From Candidatus Xenobia bacterium (GTDB lineage Bacteria; Vulcanimicrobiota; Xenobia; Xenobiales; QWHO01), in contig BTUM01000006.1 in assembly GCA_045863235.1 (NCBI GenBank), positions 64,001 to 128,000 of the forward strand: a DNA stretch of 64,000 nt, given 5' to 3'. Made by a program: the position numbers and the translations under genes. Within the stretch, counting starts at the first letter, position 1, and every line of letters begins with the position of its first letter. This document shows, in pieces, positions 1 to 9,152 of this stretch. The notes under the pieces were generated by a model. The model was not told the origin of the DNA and ran no database searches. It saw only the letters and a program-made list of their open reading frames with translations.

Positions 1-88
1 GCATGGCCACCGCCTGCACGTTCTGAAGCAGACCCTTCAGTCCTTGAATCAGATCCATTACAGGGTTTGGTTGCTGCCCAGCTGCCAT
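1..88 (-). CDS. Hypothetical protein, 5' part only (MAAGQQPNPVMDLIQGLKGLLQNVQAVAM...), runs off the window
   Basis: ATG at 88 with a GAGGAGG RBS just upstream; frame is open to the window edge. Confidence 0.65.
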   Translation of the reverse strand, partial: MAAGQQPNPVMDLIQGLKGLLQNVQAVAM

Positions 89-155
89 CTTGCCCCCGAC
101 CTCCTCTCAGCGAGATTTCTTGTTCTCAGTCTACCCCGGGGGGGTGAAGAGCCGG

Positions 156-213
156 ATAACATTGGCGTCAACATGTTGTCAAAGTGTTAACACTTTGGAC
201 CGGCTTGTTAACG
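156..213. promoter_or_regulatory. Palindromic operator-like cluster upstream of the 1..88 gene
   Basis: Perfect 18-bp palindrome CAAAGTGTTAACACTTTG (180-197), CAACATGTTG (169-178) and a second TGTTAAC (206-212) in an AT-rich patch. Confidence 0.5.
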
Positions 214-240
214 GATTGGGCCCGTTTCTTAGGGGGCTTT

Positions 241-280
241 AACAGAAACAGAAGAAGGCCGCCGGGCGGGCGACCTTTTC
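241..280 (-). terminator. Intrinsic terminator of the 303..821 gene
   Basis: Minus-strand stem AAGGTCGCC/GGCGGCCTT (one G-U pair) followed by CTTCTGTTTCTGTT. Confidence 0.65.
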
Positions 281-302
281 GGGATGAGAGCCGGGTTGGA
301 GG

Positions 303-821
303 CTATTTGGAGGTCCGTTTTCCGGGCTTGCCTTTGGCAGGCTTGCCGTTGCTGCCCGGCCCCCTGGCCTGGGAAGCGCTCTTGCCTTTGGGAGTCGGTT
401 TGGTCGCGGCCTTGGCCTTGGGAACCGGCTTCTGGGCAGCCCTGGCCCCCTTGGTGACGGTTCGGCCAGGGCCCTGTTTCGCGGCGGGCTTGCCTTTGGA
501 AGGCTTCTTCCCGGCTTTCTTGCCGCTGTCCACCTTGGCGGCCGCCCACTGGATCACCGCCAGGCAGTAAAGCTCCTTGCCCACCAGAAAGGCCTGAGCG
601 AATGCCAGTTGCACAAAGCTCGCCTTGCCGCCGGTCAGCTTGCCGGCCCGCGACAGGCTGTCCTGGAAGGCCAGGGCACAGGCCTGGTTGACCTGCTCGA
701 GGGTAGGTGGGCTGGCCTTGGGGACGATCCCCAGGCCTGGCATCAAGAACCCCACACCGGTGGGGAACGGCTTGCCGGCAGTCTGGCCGGCGAAGTAGCT
801 GTCGACGATCGTGCTTGCCAT
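303..821 (-). CDS. Hypothetical protein with Lys/Ala/Pro/Gly-rich, histone-H1-like C-terminal tail
   Basis: ATG at 821 (MASTIVDSY...); C-terminal ~75 aa GKKAGKKPSKGKPAAK...KRTSK; terminator downstream. Confidence 0.7.
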   Translation of the reverse strand: MASTIVDSYFAGQTAGKPFPTGVGFLMPGLGIVPKASPPTLEQVNQACALAFQDSLSRAGKLTGGKASFVQLAFAQAFLVGKELYCLAVIQWAAAKVDSGKKAGKKPSKGKPAAKQGPGRTVTKGARAAQKPVPKAKAATKPTPKGKSASQARGPGSNGKPAKGKPGKRTSK

Positions 822-980
822 AGACGGCTCGCCTTCGTCCTCGGCTCGAAGGATTCCTAGGAGCGCGGCCGCAGGCCCGGTTGTTCCGGCGGAGGAGACC
901 TCCGCCTCCACAAGATATTGTGCAAGCGGCCGCGATCCTAGGACAACATGTTGACCGGTCCGGCCTTTCCGGCCGGACCT

Positions 981-3302
981 CTAAGAGGCCATCTGGGCCC
1001 GCAGGCGCGCCTCTTCCAGGGCGATCGAGGGCTCGATGCCCAGATCTTTCTTGAGGGCCTTGCGGGCCAGTTCGTACTGTCTCAGAGCCTGCTCGGGACG
1101 GCCCAGGGCCACATAGCCCTGCATGGCCAGGAGATGGGCGTCCTGATTGCAGCCGTCCAGCTCGAGCATCAGCCTCGAGCACTCCAGGGCCTGCTCGTGT
1201 CGCTCCAGGCTCTGAGCTGCCAGAGCCAGATTGCGCAGGCTCGAGGTCAGCCGCTCCTCGAGCTGGCCTCGCCAGTTGACGGCCCAATCCAGGTAGCAGC
1301 CCTCCAGATAAGGGCCCTGATACAGCTGCAGGATCAGCGAGAGCTTCTCCACCGCCGGACCGACCTGACCCGCGGCGTAAAGCCGATCGGCCTCGGCGAT
1401 GGCCTTGTCGAGCTCCTCGGCGTCATGCCAGCGAGGGAGCTCGGGTTGGAAGTAGATCGCATCGCTGGTTCGGGCCAGATACTCGGGCTGGCCTTCCAGA
1501 CAGCGTCGGATCACGGAGAGCGCCTGGTTCAGGCTCTTGCGGCCCTTGTCCGGGTCGCCCGGCCAGAACTCCTCCAGGATGGCCTCAATGGGAAAACGCC
1601 GCCCCGGTTGAGCCGCCAGGCAGGCCAGCAGATAGCGGATCTTCTGGCTGCGCCAGAGGGCCTCGTCGACCTCGTCGCGCCCTTTGAACACACGGAACCC
1701 GCCCAGGCTGTAAAGGCGAAGTAAAGGCACCTCGCTCTGGCTCGGGCCGCCCTGGGAGGCGGCTGCCAGGGCGGCCTGGCGCACTTGCGGGTCGGGGTCC
1801 CGGGTCAGCGGAGCCAGCAATTCGCTGCCTCCCAGGCAGCGGACCGCCGAGAGGCGGGCAGCCGGACTGAGTTGCCCGCCCGTCAGCACATGCTTGACCT
1901 CGTGGGGGAACTCGCGCAAGACGCGGGCCACCAATCGGTCTCGCAAGGGCTCGGGACGAGCCGAATGCCAGCCCAGCAAGGTGCCGATGACCCAGGAGCC
2001 ACAACGGTGCAGCTCATCCAGGTGCTCGGCCCGCAGCAAGACCTCCAGGGCGGGCTGCACCAGCTCCTCCTGGCCGGTCAGGGCGGCCAGCGCCAGACGG
2101 CTGCGGGCCTGGGGAGCGTAGAACTGCAGCTCGCCCAGCACCCCGGAGGCTCGCTCGAGCTGGGCACGCGCTTGCTCGCTCTGCCCGGCTTCCCAGAGCA
2201 GCAGCCCTACCTCGAGAGCCGTGCGAGCCGTCAGGCCCGAGCCCAGCAGGTCGGCCGCGGCCTGGGCTTTGAGAGCCCATTCGACCGCCTCAGGTCGGCC
2301 CCGATGGAGGCGAGCCAGGCTCAAGCGAGCCTGCACGCCTTCCCAGGAGGGCTTCTCCTGAAGTTGGGGGTGGCTCAGGGTCTGGGCTGCCTCGCGTAAC
2401 TTGCCGGCCGCCGTCAGAGCCTGGGCCAGGGTGAGCAGGCCCTGGCGACGCTTGTGGGAGTCGCCCTCTTCGGGAAGCTCCTGGAAGACCGCATCCAGAG
2501 CCGCCAGCACGCTCTCTTCGAAGAGATCAGGGAACCGGAGCGCGAGCACGCCCGAGGGCTTGAGCCCGGTATCGCCAGGCTCGGCGCAGGAGGCCACCGC
2601 CACCGCCGCCAGCTGAGACTCCAGCCGGCCGGCCCGTTCCGGAGGCTCGCCGGCCAGCCATTCGCGGCTCTGCTCGAGCAGGCGCAGAACCGCCTCGGGA
2701 ACTCCCTCCAGGGGAGGACGGCTGACCCGTTCCAGCGAGCCCAGCAGGGCAGCGACCTGAATTTCCGACTGCTCCCGCCCGGAGAGGCCCATCTGGCGGG
2801 CCAATCGGGCGGCCAGACGGCCGGCTTCGAGCAGCCCTCCCCCCTCAGGGGGGCGCAGGGCCCGACAGAGCGACTCCACTCCCCAGAGCAGGGTCTTGAG
2901 CACGGCCAGCTGGGCCTGCTCGGCCTGCCCCTGCTGGTGGCGGCGGGAGAGTGCCTTCTGGATGGCCTCCAACAGCTCTTCCACCCGGAAGGGCTTACGC
3001 AGATAGTCGTTGACTCCCAGGCGAACGGCCCGGATGCAGTCGGCTTCGGTCGAGTAACCGGTAATCACCACGCTGCCGATTTCGGGGCGCTGCTCTTTCA
3101 CCGCGGCCAGGGCATCCAGTCCATCGGTGCCCTCCATGCGAATGTCGGTGACGATCAGGTCGTAGGTGCCATCGGCTGCCTGGCGGATGGCCTCTTCCCC
3201 ACTCGGGACTGCTTTGACCCGATAGCCTTCATCCTCCAGCACCGATTCGAGCATGGTGCGGAGTTTGTCGTCATCTTCCAGCAGCAGAATACTTGCGTTC
3301 AT
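981..3302 (-). CDS. Response regulator: REC + degenerate HD-like + helical repeats + wHTH-BTAD (SARP-like) activator
   Basis: REC motifs LLEDDD, TDIRM, KPF; BTAD motifs LYQGPYLEGCYLDW and LGIEPS; ATGA overlap with the upstream gene at 3299-3302. Confidence 0.85.
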   Translation of the reverse strand: MNASILLLEDDDKLRTMLESVLEDEGYRVKAVPSGEEAIRQAADGTYDLIVTDIRMEGTDGLDALAAVKEQRPEIGSVVITGYSTEADCIRAVRLGVNDYLRKPFRVEELLEAIQKALSRRHQQGQAEQAQLAVLKTLLWGVESLCRALRPPEGGGLLEAGRLAARLARQMGLSGREQSEIQVAALLGSLERVSRPPLEGVPEAVLRLLEQSREWLAGEPPERAGRLESQLAAVAVASCAEPGDTGLKPSGVLALRFPDLFEESVLAALDAVFQELPEEGDSHKRRQGLLTLAQALTAAGKLREAAQTLSHPQLQEKPSWEGVQARLSLARLHRGRPEAVEWALKAQAAADLLGSGLTARTALEVGLLLWEAGQSEQARAQLERASGVLGELQFYAPQARSRLALAALTGQEELVQPALEVLLRAEHLDELHRCGSWVIGTLLGWHSARPEPLRDRLVARVLREFPHEVKHVLTGGQLSPAARLSAVRCLGGSELLAPLTRDPDPQVRQAALAAASQGGPSQSEVPLLRLYSLGGFRVFKGRDEVDEALWRSQKIRYLLACLAAQPGRRFPIEAILEEFWPGDPDKGRKSLNQALSVIRRCLEGQPEYLARTSDAIYFQPELPRWHDAEELDKAIAEADRLYAAGQVGPAVEKLSLILQLYQGPYLEGCYLDWAVNWRGQLEERLTSSLRNLALAAQSLERHEQALECSRLMLELDGCNQDAHLLAMQGYVALGRPEQALRQYELARKALKKDLGIEPSIALEEARLRAQMAS

Positions 3303-4840
3303 CGGGCTTTCAGCTTTTGCAGCATTTGGCGGGCTTGCTCGGCTTCCCTCCCCTGGCCGCATTTCTCCAGGGCTTCGGCCAGTCGGGCATAGAGCTCGGT
3401 CTGGTCGGGTTGGAGCTCCAGGGCCCGTCGCAGATCTTGCACGGCTCCCGCCGGGTCGCCTGCATCCAGTCGCAGGGTGGCCCGCTCGCGCAGAGCTGTG
3501 GCTTCCACCGCGGCTTGCCCGCTGACCAGCTCGAGCACTCGATCCAGGTCGGCCCGGGCACGCTGATACTCCTTCTGCTGCCCCAGAATCTTGCCTCGCA
3601 GCAGCAGAGCTCTCGGGTCCATGGGGTTTTTCTCCACGCTCACCTCGACGTCAGCCAGAGCGCCGTCGGGTCGGTCCTGAGCCAGCCGCACCATGGCTCG
3701 CGCGAGATGGGCCTCGGCCCAGCCGGGTTTGAGCTCGACGGCCCGCGTCAGCTCGGCCTCGGCCTCCTTCCAGGAGCGCGAGGCCATCAGAGCTTGAGCC
3801 TTCTGGAGAGCTGCCTCGGCGGGGACGGCCGGGGGTGGGGAGGCCTCCGGCGGCGGGGCACCTGGCATTTCGAAACTCTTCAAAGCCTGTTGGAGAGCAG
3901 ACTCTCCTTCCGCAGCGTCTTCCGGAGCTGCCGTCATGCTGACCCGATAGACCCGCGTGCCGGCCAGAGCAAAGGCGATGCGGCTGGTGACCCCACCCAG
4001 GGTGCCTCCCAGGATCAGCCAGGTACGCCCCCCGGCCTGCACAGGCTCGGGCTGCACGTCGCGCAACTCCTGGCCGCTGGTGGCGAACCGTTTGGCCATC
4101 CGGGCCATCTGCGCCCCTACGTCCACCTGCTGGCCGTTGTCCACCGACTCCACCTCCAGCGTGAAGCCTGGCCCGACCAGGCGAGAGCCCTGCCGTCGCA
4201 AGAGAGAGCTGTGCTGGAAACGAAAATGGGCGGTTTCGAAGGTGCGGATGGGGTAGCTCTGGGAGGAGGGATGGCGGACCGCCTGACCCAGCGTCACAGC
4301 CTGGCAGACCAGCAGGAGACCGGTCAGGATCTTTGCCGGCCGCAGGCCGAGGGGAAGTAGTCCCGCCAGCCCTCCTGCGAGACTGGCCGGCGCAAGGCTG
4401 CCCCTCAAGGCCAGGAGCAGCGCCAGGATGAGCCAGGGGAGGGCTTCCGGGGCCAGCCTTCTGCGTCGCCACAGCTCGGCCGTCACCAGGGCCAGCAGCG
4501 CTCCCACGCCGGTTGGAACCAGGCGGACCGGGGTCCAGGCCAGAGCCAGACCGGTGGCCAGCAGCGAGCCAAGACAAAAGACCGCCAGCAACCGCCAGGG
4601 CCCGACCGCTCTCTCCAGGCTGAGGCCCAGGGTGGCCAGGGTATAGAAGGCGAGGGCCAGGCTGACCCAACCTCCCGTCAGGATCGAGCCGGCCGAGAGC
4701 AAACGCCAGGCCTCGCCTGCTTCCACCAACGGCCGACTGGCCGCCCCTGCGCGCAACAGCTCGAAGCTGGACTGCTGGCCAGCCAGCAGGCTCATGATCG
4801 CCAGCAGAGAGGCCAGCGACAGGCAAGCCCAGGGTTTCAA
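3299..4840 (-). CDS. Rhomboid-like membrane domain (catalytically degenerate) fused to a soluble domain and C-terminal TPR repeats
   Basis: GEAWRLL...LGLSLERAVGPWRLL rhomboid pattern; TPR units (AVELKPGWAEAHLARA, ALELQPDQ); TTG start overlapping the desulfurase stop (TTGA). Confidence 0.75.
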   Translation of the reverse strand: MKPWACLSLASLLAIMSLLAGQQSSFELLRAGAASRPLVEAGEAWRLLSAGSILTGGWVSLALAFYTLATLGLSLERAVGPWRLLAVFCLGSLLATGLALAWTPVRLVPTGVGALLALVTAELWRRRRLAPEALPWLILALLLALRGSLAPASLAGGLAGLLPLGLRPAKILTGLLLVCQAVTLGQAVRHPSSQSYPIRTFETAHFRFQHSSLLRRQGSRLVGPGFTLEVESVDNGQQVDVGAQMARMAKRFATSGQELRDVQPEPVQAGGRTWLILGGTLGGVTSRIAFALAGTRVYRVSMTAAPEDAAEGESALQQALKSFEMPGAPPPEASPPPAVPAEAALQKAQALMASRSWKEAEAELTRAVELKPGWAEAHLARAMVRLAQDRPDGALADVEVSVEKNPMDPRALLLRGKILGQQKEYQRARADLDRVLELVSGQAAVEATALRERATLRLDAGDPAGAVQDLRRALELQPDQTELYARLAEALEKCGQGREAEQARQMLQKLKAR

Positions 4841-5982
4841 CGCACCGCGGGTCGGTCGACCAGGGCTCGATAGGCGGCTACCAGTGCCGACGCGGCTCGA
4901 TCGACCTGCTCTTCGGTGGTGGAGCGCCCCAGCGTGAGCCGTACCGCTCCCTTGCCCACCTCGGGATCCACCCCCATGGCCTGGAGCACGTGCGAAAGGC
5001 GCACCACACCGTCGTGACAGGCGGGGCCAGTGGAGGCCGCCAGCTCGGGGCAGCGGGCCGTCAGCTCGGCTCCGGTGGTGTGCAGGAAGCTCAAGCTGAG
5101 GGTGTTCGGAAGGCGCTGGGTGGGGTGGCCGTTGAGCTGGACGTTCCCGCCCAGGGCGCTCTTCAGGGCGTTCTCGAGCCGGTCGCGCAGGCGCGCCAGT
5201 TGCTGGCCATCCTCGGGGCGGCACAGAGCGGCCGCCTCCCCCAGGGCCACCGCCAGCGCCACCGGCTCGGTTCCCGAGCGGCGCCCCCCTTCGTGGCCGG
5301 CCCCGAAGAGCAAAGGCTCCAGGGTTCGCCCCTGCCGGATGTAGAGCGCCCCCACTCCTTTAGGGGCGTACATCTTGTGGCCGGCCAGCGAGAGAAAGTC
5401 GACCCCGGTCAGGTCCAGGCTGACCTTGCCGGCGCTCTGGGCTGCGTCGGTGTGCAGCAGCGCTTTGCCCGCCACGGCTTCGGCAATGGCCCCGATGGGC
5501 TGCAGGGTGCCCACTTCGTTGTTGGAGTGCATGATGCTGACCAGCACCGTGTTGGGCCGCAAAGCCCGCCGGACCGATTCTGGATCGACCCGGCCGGTGG
5601 AGTCGACCCCCACGCGGGTGACCTCGGCCCGACCGGTGCGCTCGAGGAAGTCGGCCGTCTTGCCCACGCTGGGATGCTCGATCTGGCTGATCACCAGGTG
5701 CGGCTTCTCGGGTCCGAGGTGGGCGGCGGTCACACCCTGCAGTACCCAGTTGTTGGACTCGGTAGCCCCGCTGGTCAGCACCAGCTCGCCCGGCTGGCAG
5801 CCCAGGAAGTCGGCCAGCTGGGCCCGGGCCCGATCCAGCCCGGCTCGGGCCCGCTGGCCGTAGACGCTCTTGGTGGAAGGATTGCCGAAGTGCTCGGCCA
5901 GATAAGGCAGGGCTGCTTGCAGCACTCGCTCATCCACCGGAGTGGTGCCATTATGATCGAGATAGATCGGGTCGTCTTGCAT
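4837..5982 (-). CDS. Cysteine desulfurase family (NifS/IscS-like, class V PLP)
   Basis: IYLDHNGTTP, GNPS, TSGATESNN, HTDAAQ, GHKMYAPKG, RSGT, STGPAC motifs. Confidence 0.93.
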   Translation of the reverse strand: MQDDPIYLDHNGTTPVDERVLQAALPYLAEHFGNPSTKSVYGQRARAGLDRARAQLADFLGCQPGELVLTSGATESNNWVLQGVTAAHLGPEKPHLVISQIEHPSVGKTADFLERTGRAEVTRVGVDSTGRVDPESVRRALRPNTVLVSIMHSNNEVGTLQPIGAIAEAVAGKALLHTDAAQSAGKVSLDLTGVDFLSLAGHKMYAPKGVGALYIRQGRTLEPLLFGAGHEGGRRSGTEPVALAVALGEAAALCRPEDGQQLARLRDRLENALKSALGGNVQLNGHPTQRLPNTLSLSFLHTTGAELTARCPELAASTGPACHDGVVRLSHVLQAMGVDPEVGKGAVRLTLGRSTTEEQVDRAASALVAAYRALVDRPAVR

Positions 5983-6091
5983 GGCGCCGCTCTTGGCTGT
6001 CCAGGCACGAACTCCTATCGCCCGTAGGGCTTTTTGGGATCACAGAGAACAGCCCCTGGATGAGCGGGAGGCGGTCAGGCAGTATACAGCC

Positions 6092-8056
6092 ATGAGGGAA
6101 CTTGAGGCTCCTCAGGGGACCCCCCCTCAGCTCCGCTTGCTCCTCGGTCGACTCGACGAAGCCCGTCGCAGCTCCGAGCCGGCCATGGTGGAGCTCGACC
6201 GCGTTCTCTACCACATGCTCCGCTTCTTCACCGGCCTGGCGCTGCAAGCGCTCCAGAATGAGGGAACATGCGTCCCAGCCCAGCTCAGGGCGATGCGCGC
6301 TCAGGCTGAAACCGTGGCCGGGGCTGAGAAGGTGTTCAAGTCGGCTGTGAATTCGCTCAGCTCTCGGGTTCGCAGCTGGCGCTCGGAGCAGCTTCTCGAG
6401 CTCTTCTTCGGGGGCATCGAGCGCCCCGAGAATCGCACCCTGGCCCGCTGGTTGGGGTTGGGGGGTGAACCGCACCCGGCCCCGCTGCTTTCAGCCCGCC
6501 CTCGGGGCGAGAGCCTGCTGGAACCCTCCGTGGAGCTGATCGCGGACTGGTTGACCGAGGCCGCCCCCATCTTTTCCGAGGAGGTGTGGACGCTCGACCG
6601 CGAGGTGGCCACCCTGGTCGGAAGCGCCATCCCAAGCTCGCGAACGCGCACCAAGCCCTTGCCCGTGCCGGGCGACCCCATGTCGGTCGAGCAGGCTCAC
6701 CTGACCGAGGTGGTCGAGTCGTGGGCGGCCCTGGTGCTCGAGCCCCCCCTCCCGCTCGATGACGAGGCCCTGATGGATCTCCTGCGCCACTACTTGCTGG
6801 CCATCGAGACCCGGGCGGCCGGGTATCTGGCGCGCAATGCCTTCGAGCTGGCCGAGCATGACTACGAAGCCCTCACAGGCTACGCCCACGGAGCGCGCGG
6901 CCGCCATCCACTGGCTTCCATCCTGGCGAACGCCATGGGCGGACGCGGTCGATGCCGAAGCTGTCAGGGGCATTTCGACGAGGCCGAGCGCGACTTCGAG
7001 ATCGCCTTGCGCATGCACCGCGAGCTGCTCAACCGCGAGCCCACGCCCCAGGGGGCCGCCGCCCTGGCCTGGGCTTTGCTCTATCGAGCGCTCAACCAGC
7101 GCTGCCAGGGAAGGGTGGAGTTGGCCCTCTCCGACCTTGACGTGGCCAGCCAGTTTGCCGAGCTGGCCCCGGGCGACGATCTGCTCAAGCAGGCTCTGGC
7201 CCGGGAACGCAGCACCATGCAGCCCTCCGCCAAAACGATGACCTACCTCAACGAGGAGATCCAGTTGCTCAAGTCTCAGGGAGCCGCTTCGGCTCAGCTC
7301 GAGCTGGCCTGCGCCCTGGTCGAGCGCTCCATGCGGCTGGACCCGCAATTGAAGGACACCCGGGCCCTCAGCGACCGCAAGAATGCCCTGACGATTTTGA
7401 AGAAACTGCGGAAGAACGACCCCGGCCTGACGGTGAGCGCCCTGCGCAACCGGCCCTGTCGCTGGGGCCGTTCCCCCCACGACCTGGCGGTCTGGGAATC
7501 CGACCTCCGGCTGGTGCGGGCCTGCGCCGAGGTCCTCAATGAGGACCCTGACCTGAATTCGTTCCTGCGCGATGCGCTGGAGCTGGCCGAAGGCATGCTG
7601 CAGCACAGTTTCTTCCCGGAGGGCTTCCTCAACGAGCTGTTCGAGTTGTTCACCGATCTGGCCAATCGCGACGCTCGTCACTATGAGCCCGGTTGGCAGG
7701 CCGAGCACTGGATGCGGTTGCGGGTGCACTTTGCCGACAGGGGCGATTACGACCGGGCCATTCGCTGCATGGTGATGGAGGCAGTCGCCTTGCGCCGACG
7801 CAGCTCCGAGGAGGACGTGATGAGCCTGGTGGTCTTGCTCGACACCCTCGGTCAGGTGCTGGAGGCTGCTCCGGTCAGCGTTGGCCTTGAGCCCCTGGGG
7901 CCGAGTTTTCGGATGGTGAATAGCTACCGGGCGCGTTACCCCGAGCTCAGGGCTCCCATCCAGGCCATGGCCAATCGCTGGCGGGCTCTCCCCCTCATGA
8001 TCCCGGCTCGAGCCGGGGCTGACCGCCCCCTGCTGGCTGCTCTGGCCGAAGGCTGA
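6092..8056 (+). CDS. Hypothetical helical/TPR-like protein
   Basis: Long ORF with host-like codon usage; TPR-like segments (GHFDEAERDFEIAL, GRVELALSDLDVA); start uncertain (5981 or 6092). Confidence 0.7.
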   Translation: MRELEAPQGTPPQLRLLLGRLDEARRSSEPAMVELDRVLYHMLRFFTGLALQALQNEGTCVPAQLRAMRAQAETVAGAEKVFKSAVNSLSSRVRSWRSEQLLELFFGGIERPENRTLARWLGLGGEPHPAPLLSARPRGESLLEPSVELIADWLTEAAPIFSEEVWTLDREVATLVGSAIPSSRTRTKPLPVPGDPMSVEQAHLTEVVESWAALVLEPPLPLDDEALMDLLRHYLLAIETRAAGYLARNAFELAEHDYEALTGYAHGARGRHPLASILANAMGGRGRCRSCQGHFDEAERDFEIALRMHRELLNREPTPQGAAALAWALLYRALNQRCQGRVELALSDLDVASQFAELAPGDDLLKQALARERSTMQPSAKTMTYLNEEIQLLKSQGAASAQLELACALVERSMRLDPQLKDTRALSDRKNALTILKKLRKNDPGLTVSALRNRPCRWGRSPHDLAVWESDLRLVRACAEVLNEDPDLNSFLRDALELAEGMLQHSFFPEGFLNELFELFTDLANRDARHYEPGWQAEHWMRLRVHFADRGDYDRAIRCMVMEAVALRRRSSEEDVMSLVVLLDTLGQVLEAAPVSVGLEPLGPSFRMVNSYRARYPELRAPIQAMANRWRALPLMIPARAGADRPLLAALAEG

Positions 8057-8064
8057 GCCTGGCT

Positions 8065-8937
8065 TCAGGCGGTAGTTGGCGCGAGAGTTTTCGCCGGACG
8101 CCTGGCGTTCAATGCCATGGTGAACAGCCCGGCGGTGAAGAACATCAGCACGCTGTACAGGGCGGCCGGCATGGCATAGGCATAGACGTTCAGCACCGAC
8201 AGGGCCATGTAGATAGCCAGCGTGCCGTTGTGGATGCCCACCTCCATCGAGATGGCGATGGCCTGATTTCGGGGCAGCTTGATCAGGAGGGGCAACAGGT
8301 AGCCCACGGCCAGGCTGAGCAGATTGAAGAGCAACACCGCCCCGCCCAGTTGGGCCATGCTGGCCAGCATCTTCTCGCGCTCCTGAGCGATGGCGGCCAC
8401 GATCAAGACGACCAGGAGCAGGATGGAGAAGACGCGGATCGGCCTGTCCATTCGGTCGGCGAAATCGGGCTTGCGAGCCTTGACCACCATCCCGATGATG
8501 ACGGGGACCAGCACGATGGCAAAGACCTCGATGGCCTTCTTGAACTGGAAGCCCACCTGCTGCTCGGCGCCCGCAAAATGGGCGATGGAGAGGCCCACGA
8601 TGAGGGGCAGGCTGACGGCGGCCAGCACGCTGTTGACGGCGGTCAGGGTAATGTTCAGCGCCACGTCTCCTCGGGCCAGGTGGGAGTAGATGTTGGCGGT
8701 CACTCCCCCGGGGCTGGCGGCCAGGATCATCATGCCGATGGAGAACTCGTTGGACAGCCCGAACAGCTTGCAGATCCCGAGCGCGAACAGGGGCAAGAGC
8801 AGCATCTGGGTCAGGAGGCCGATGATGACCGGCCTGGGTACTTTGAGAATGCGCAGGAAGTCGGCTCTGGTCAGGGACAGGCCCAGACCGAACATAATGA
8901 AGGCGAGGCCCAGGGGCAGAAACTTGGCAGCGAGCAT
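8065..8937 (-). CDS. Bile acid:sodium symporter (BASS) family transporter
   Basis: IMFGLGLSL, SPGGVTANIYSHLARGDVAL, SMEVGIHNG; AAAGGAG RBS before ATG 8937. Confidence 0.93.
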   Translation of the reverse strand: MLAAKFLPLGLAFIMFGLGLSLTRADFLRILKVPRPVIIGLLTQMLLLPLFALGICKLFGLSNEFSIGMMILAASPGGVTANIYSHLARGDVALNITLTAVNSVLAAVSLPLIVGLSIAHFAGAEQQVGFQFKKAIEVFAIVLVPVIIGMVVKARKPDFADRMDRPIRVFSILLLVVLIVAAIAQEREKMLASMAQLGGAVLLFNLLSLAVGYLLPLLIKLPRNQAIAISMEVGIHNGTLAIYMALSVLNVYAYAMPAALYSVLMFFTAGLFTMALNARRPAKTLAPTTA

Positions 8938-9152
8938 GGGAGGGCTCCTTTCGGCGAAAGGCCGCCCATTCGAAGTCGACCGGATGATCCCTGGCGAGAG
9001 CATCCGGGCTTGCTACGAAAAGCTCACGCCTCGGCCTGAGCCAGGTCAGAAAGGGCTCTTGCGCCGGACGTTCATGACCTGTCCGGCCCAACAGGTTGTG
9101 TTCAAAATCACTCTCCAGGATGTCACGCAAGGGTCGAAGAATTCTAACGGGC

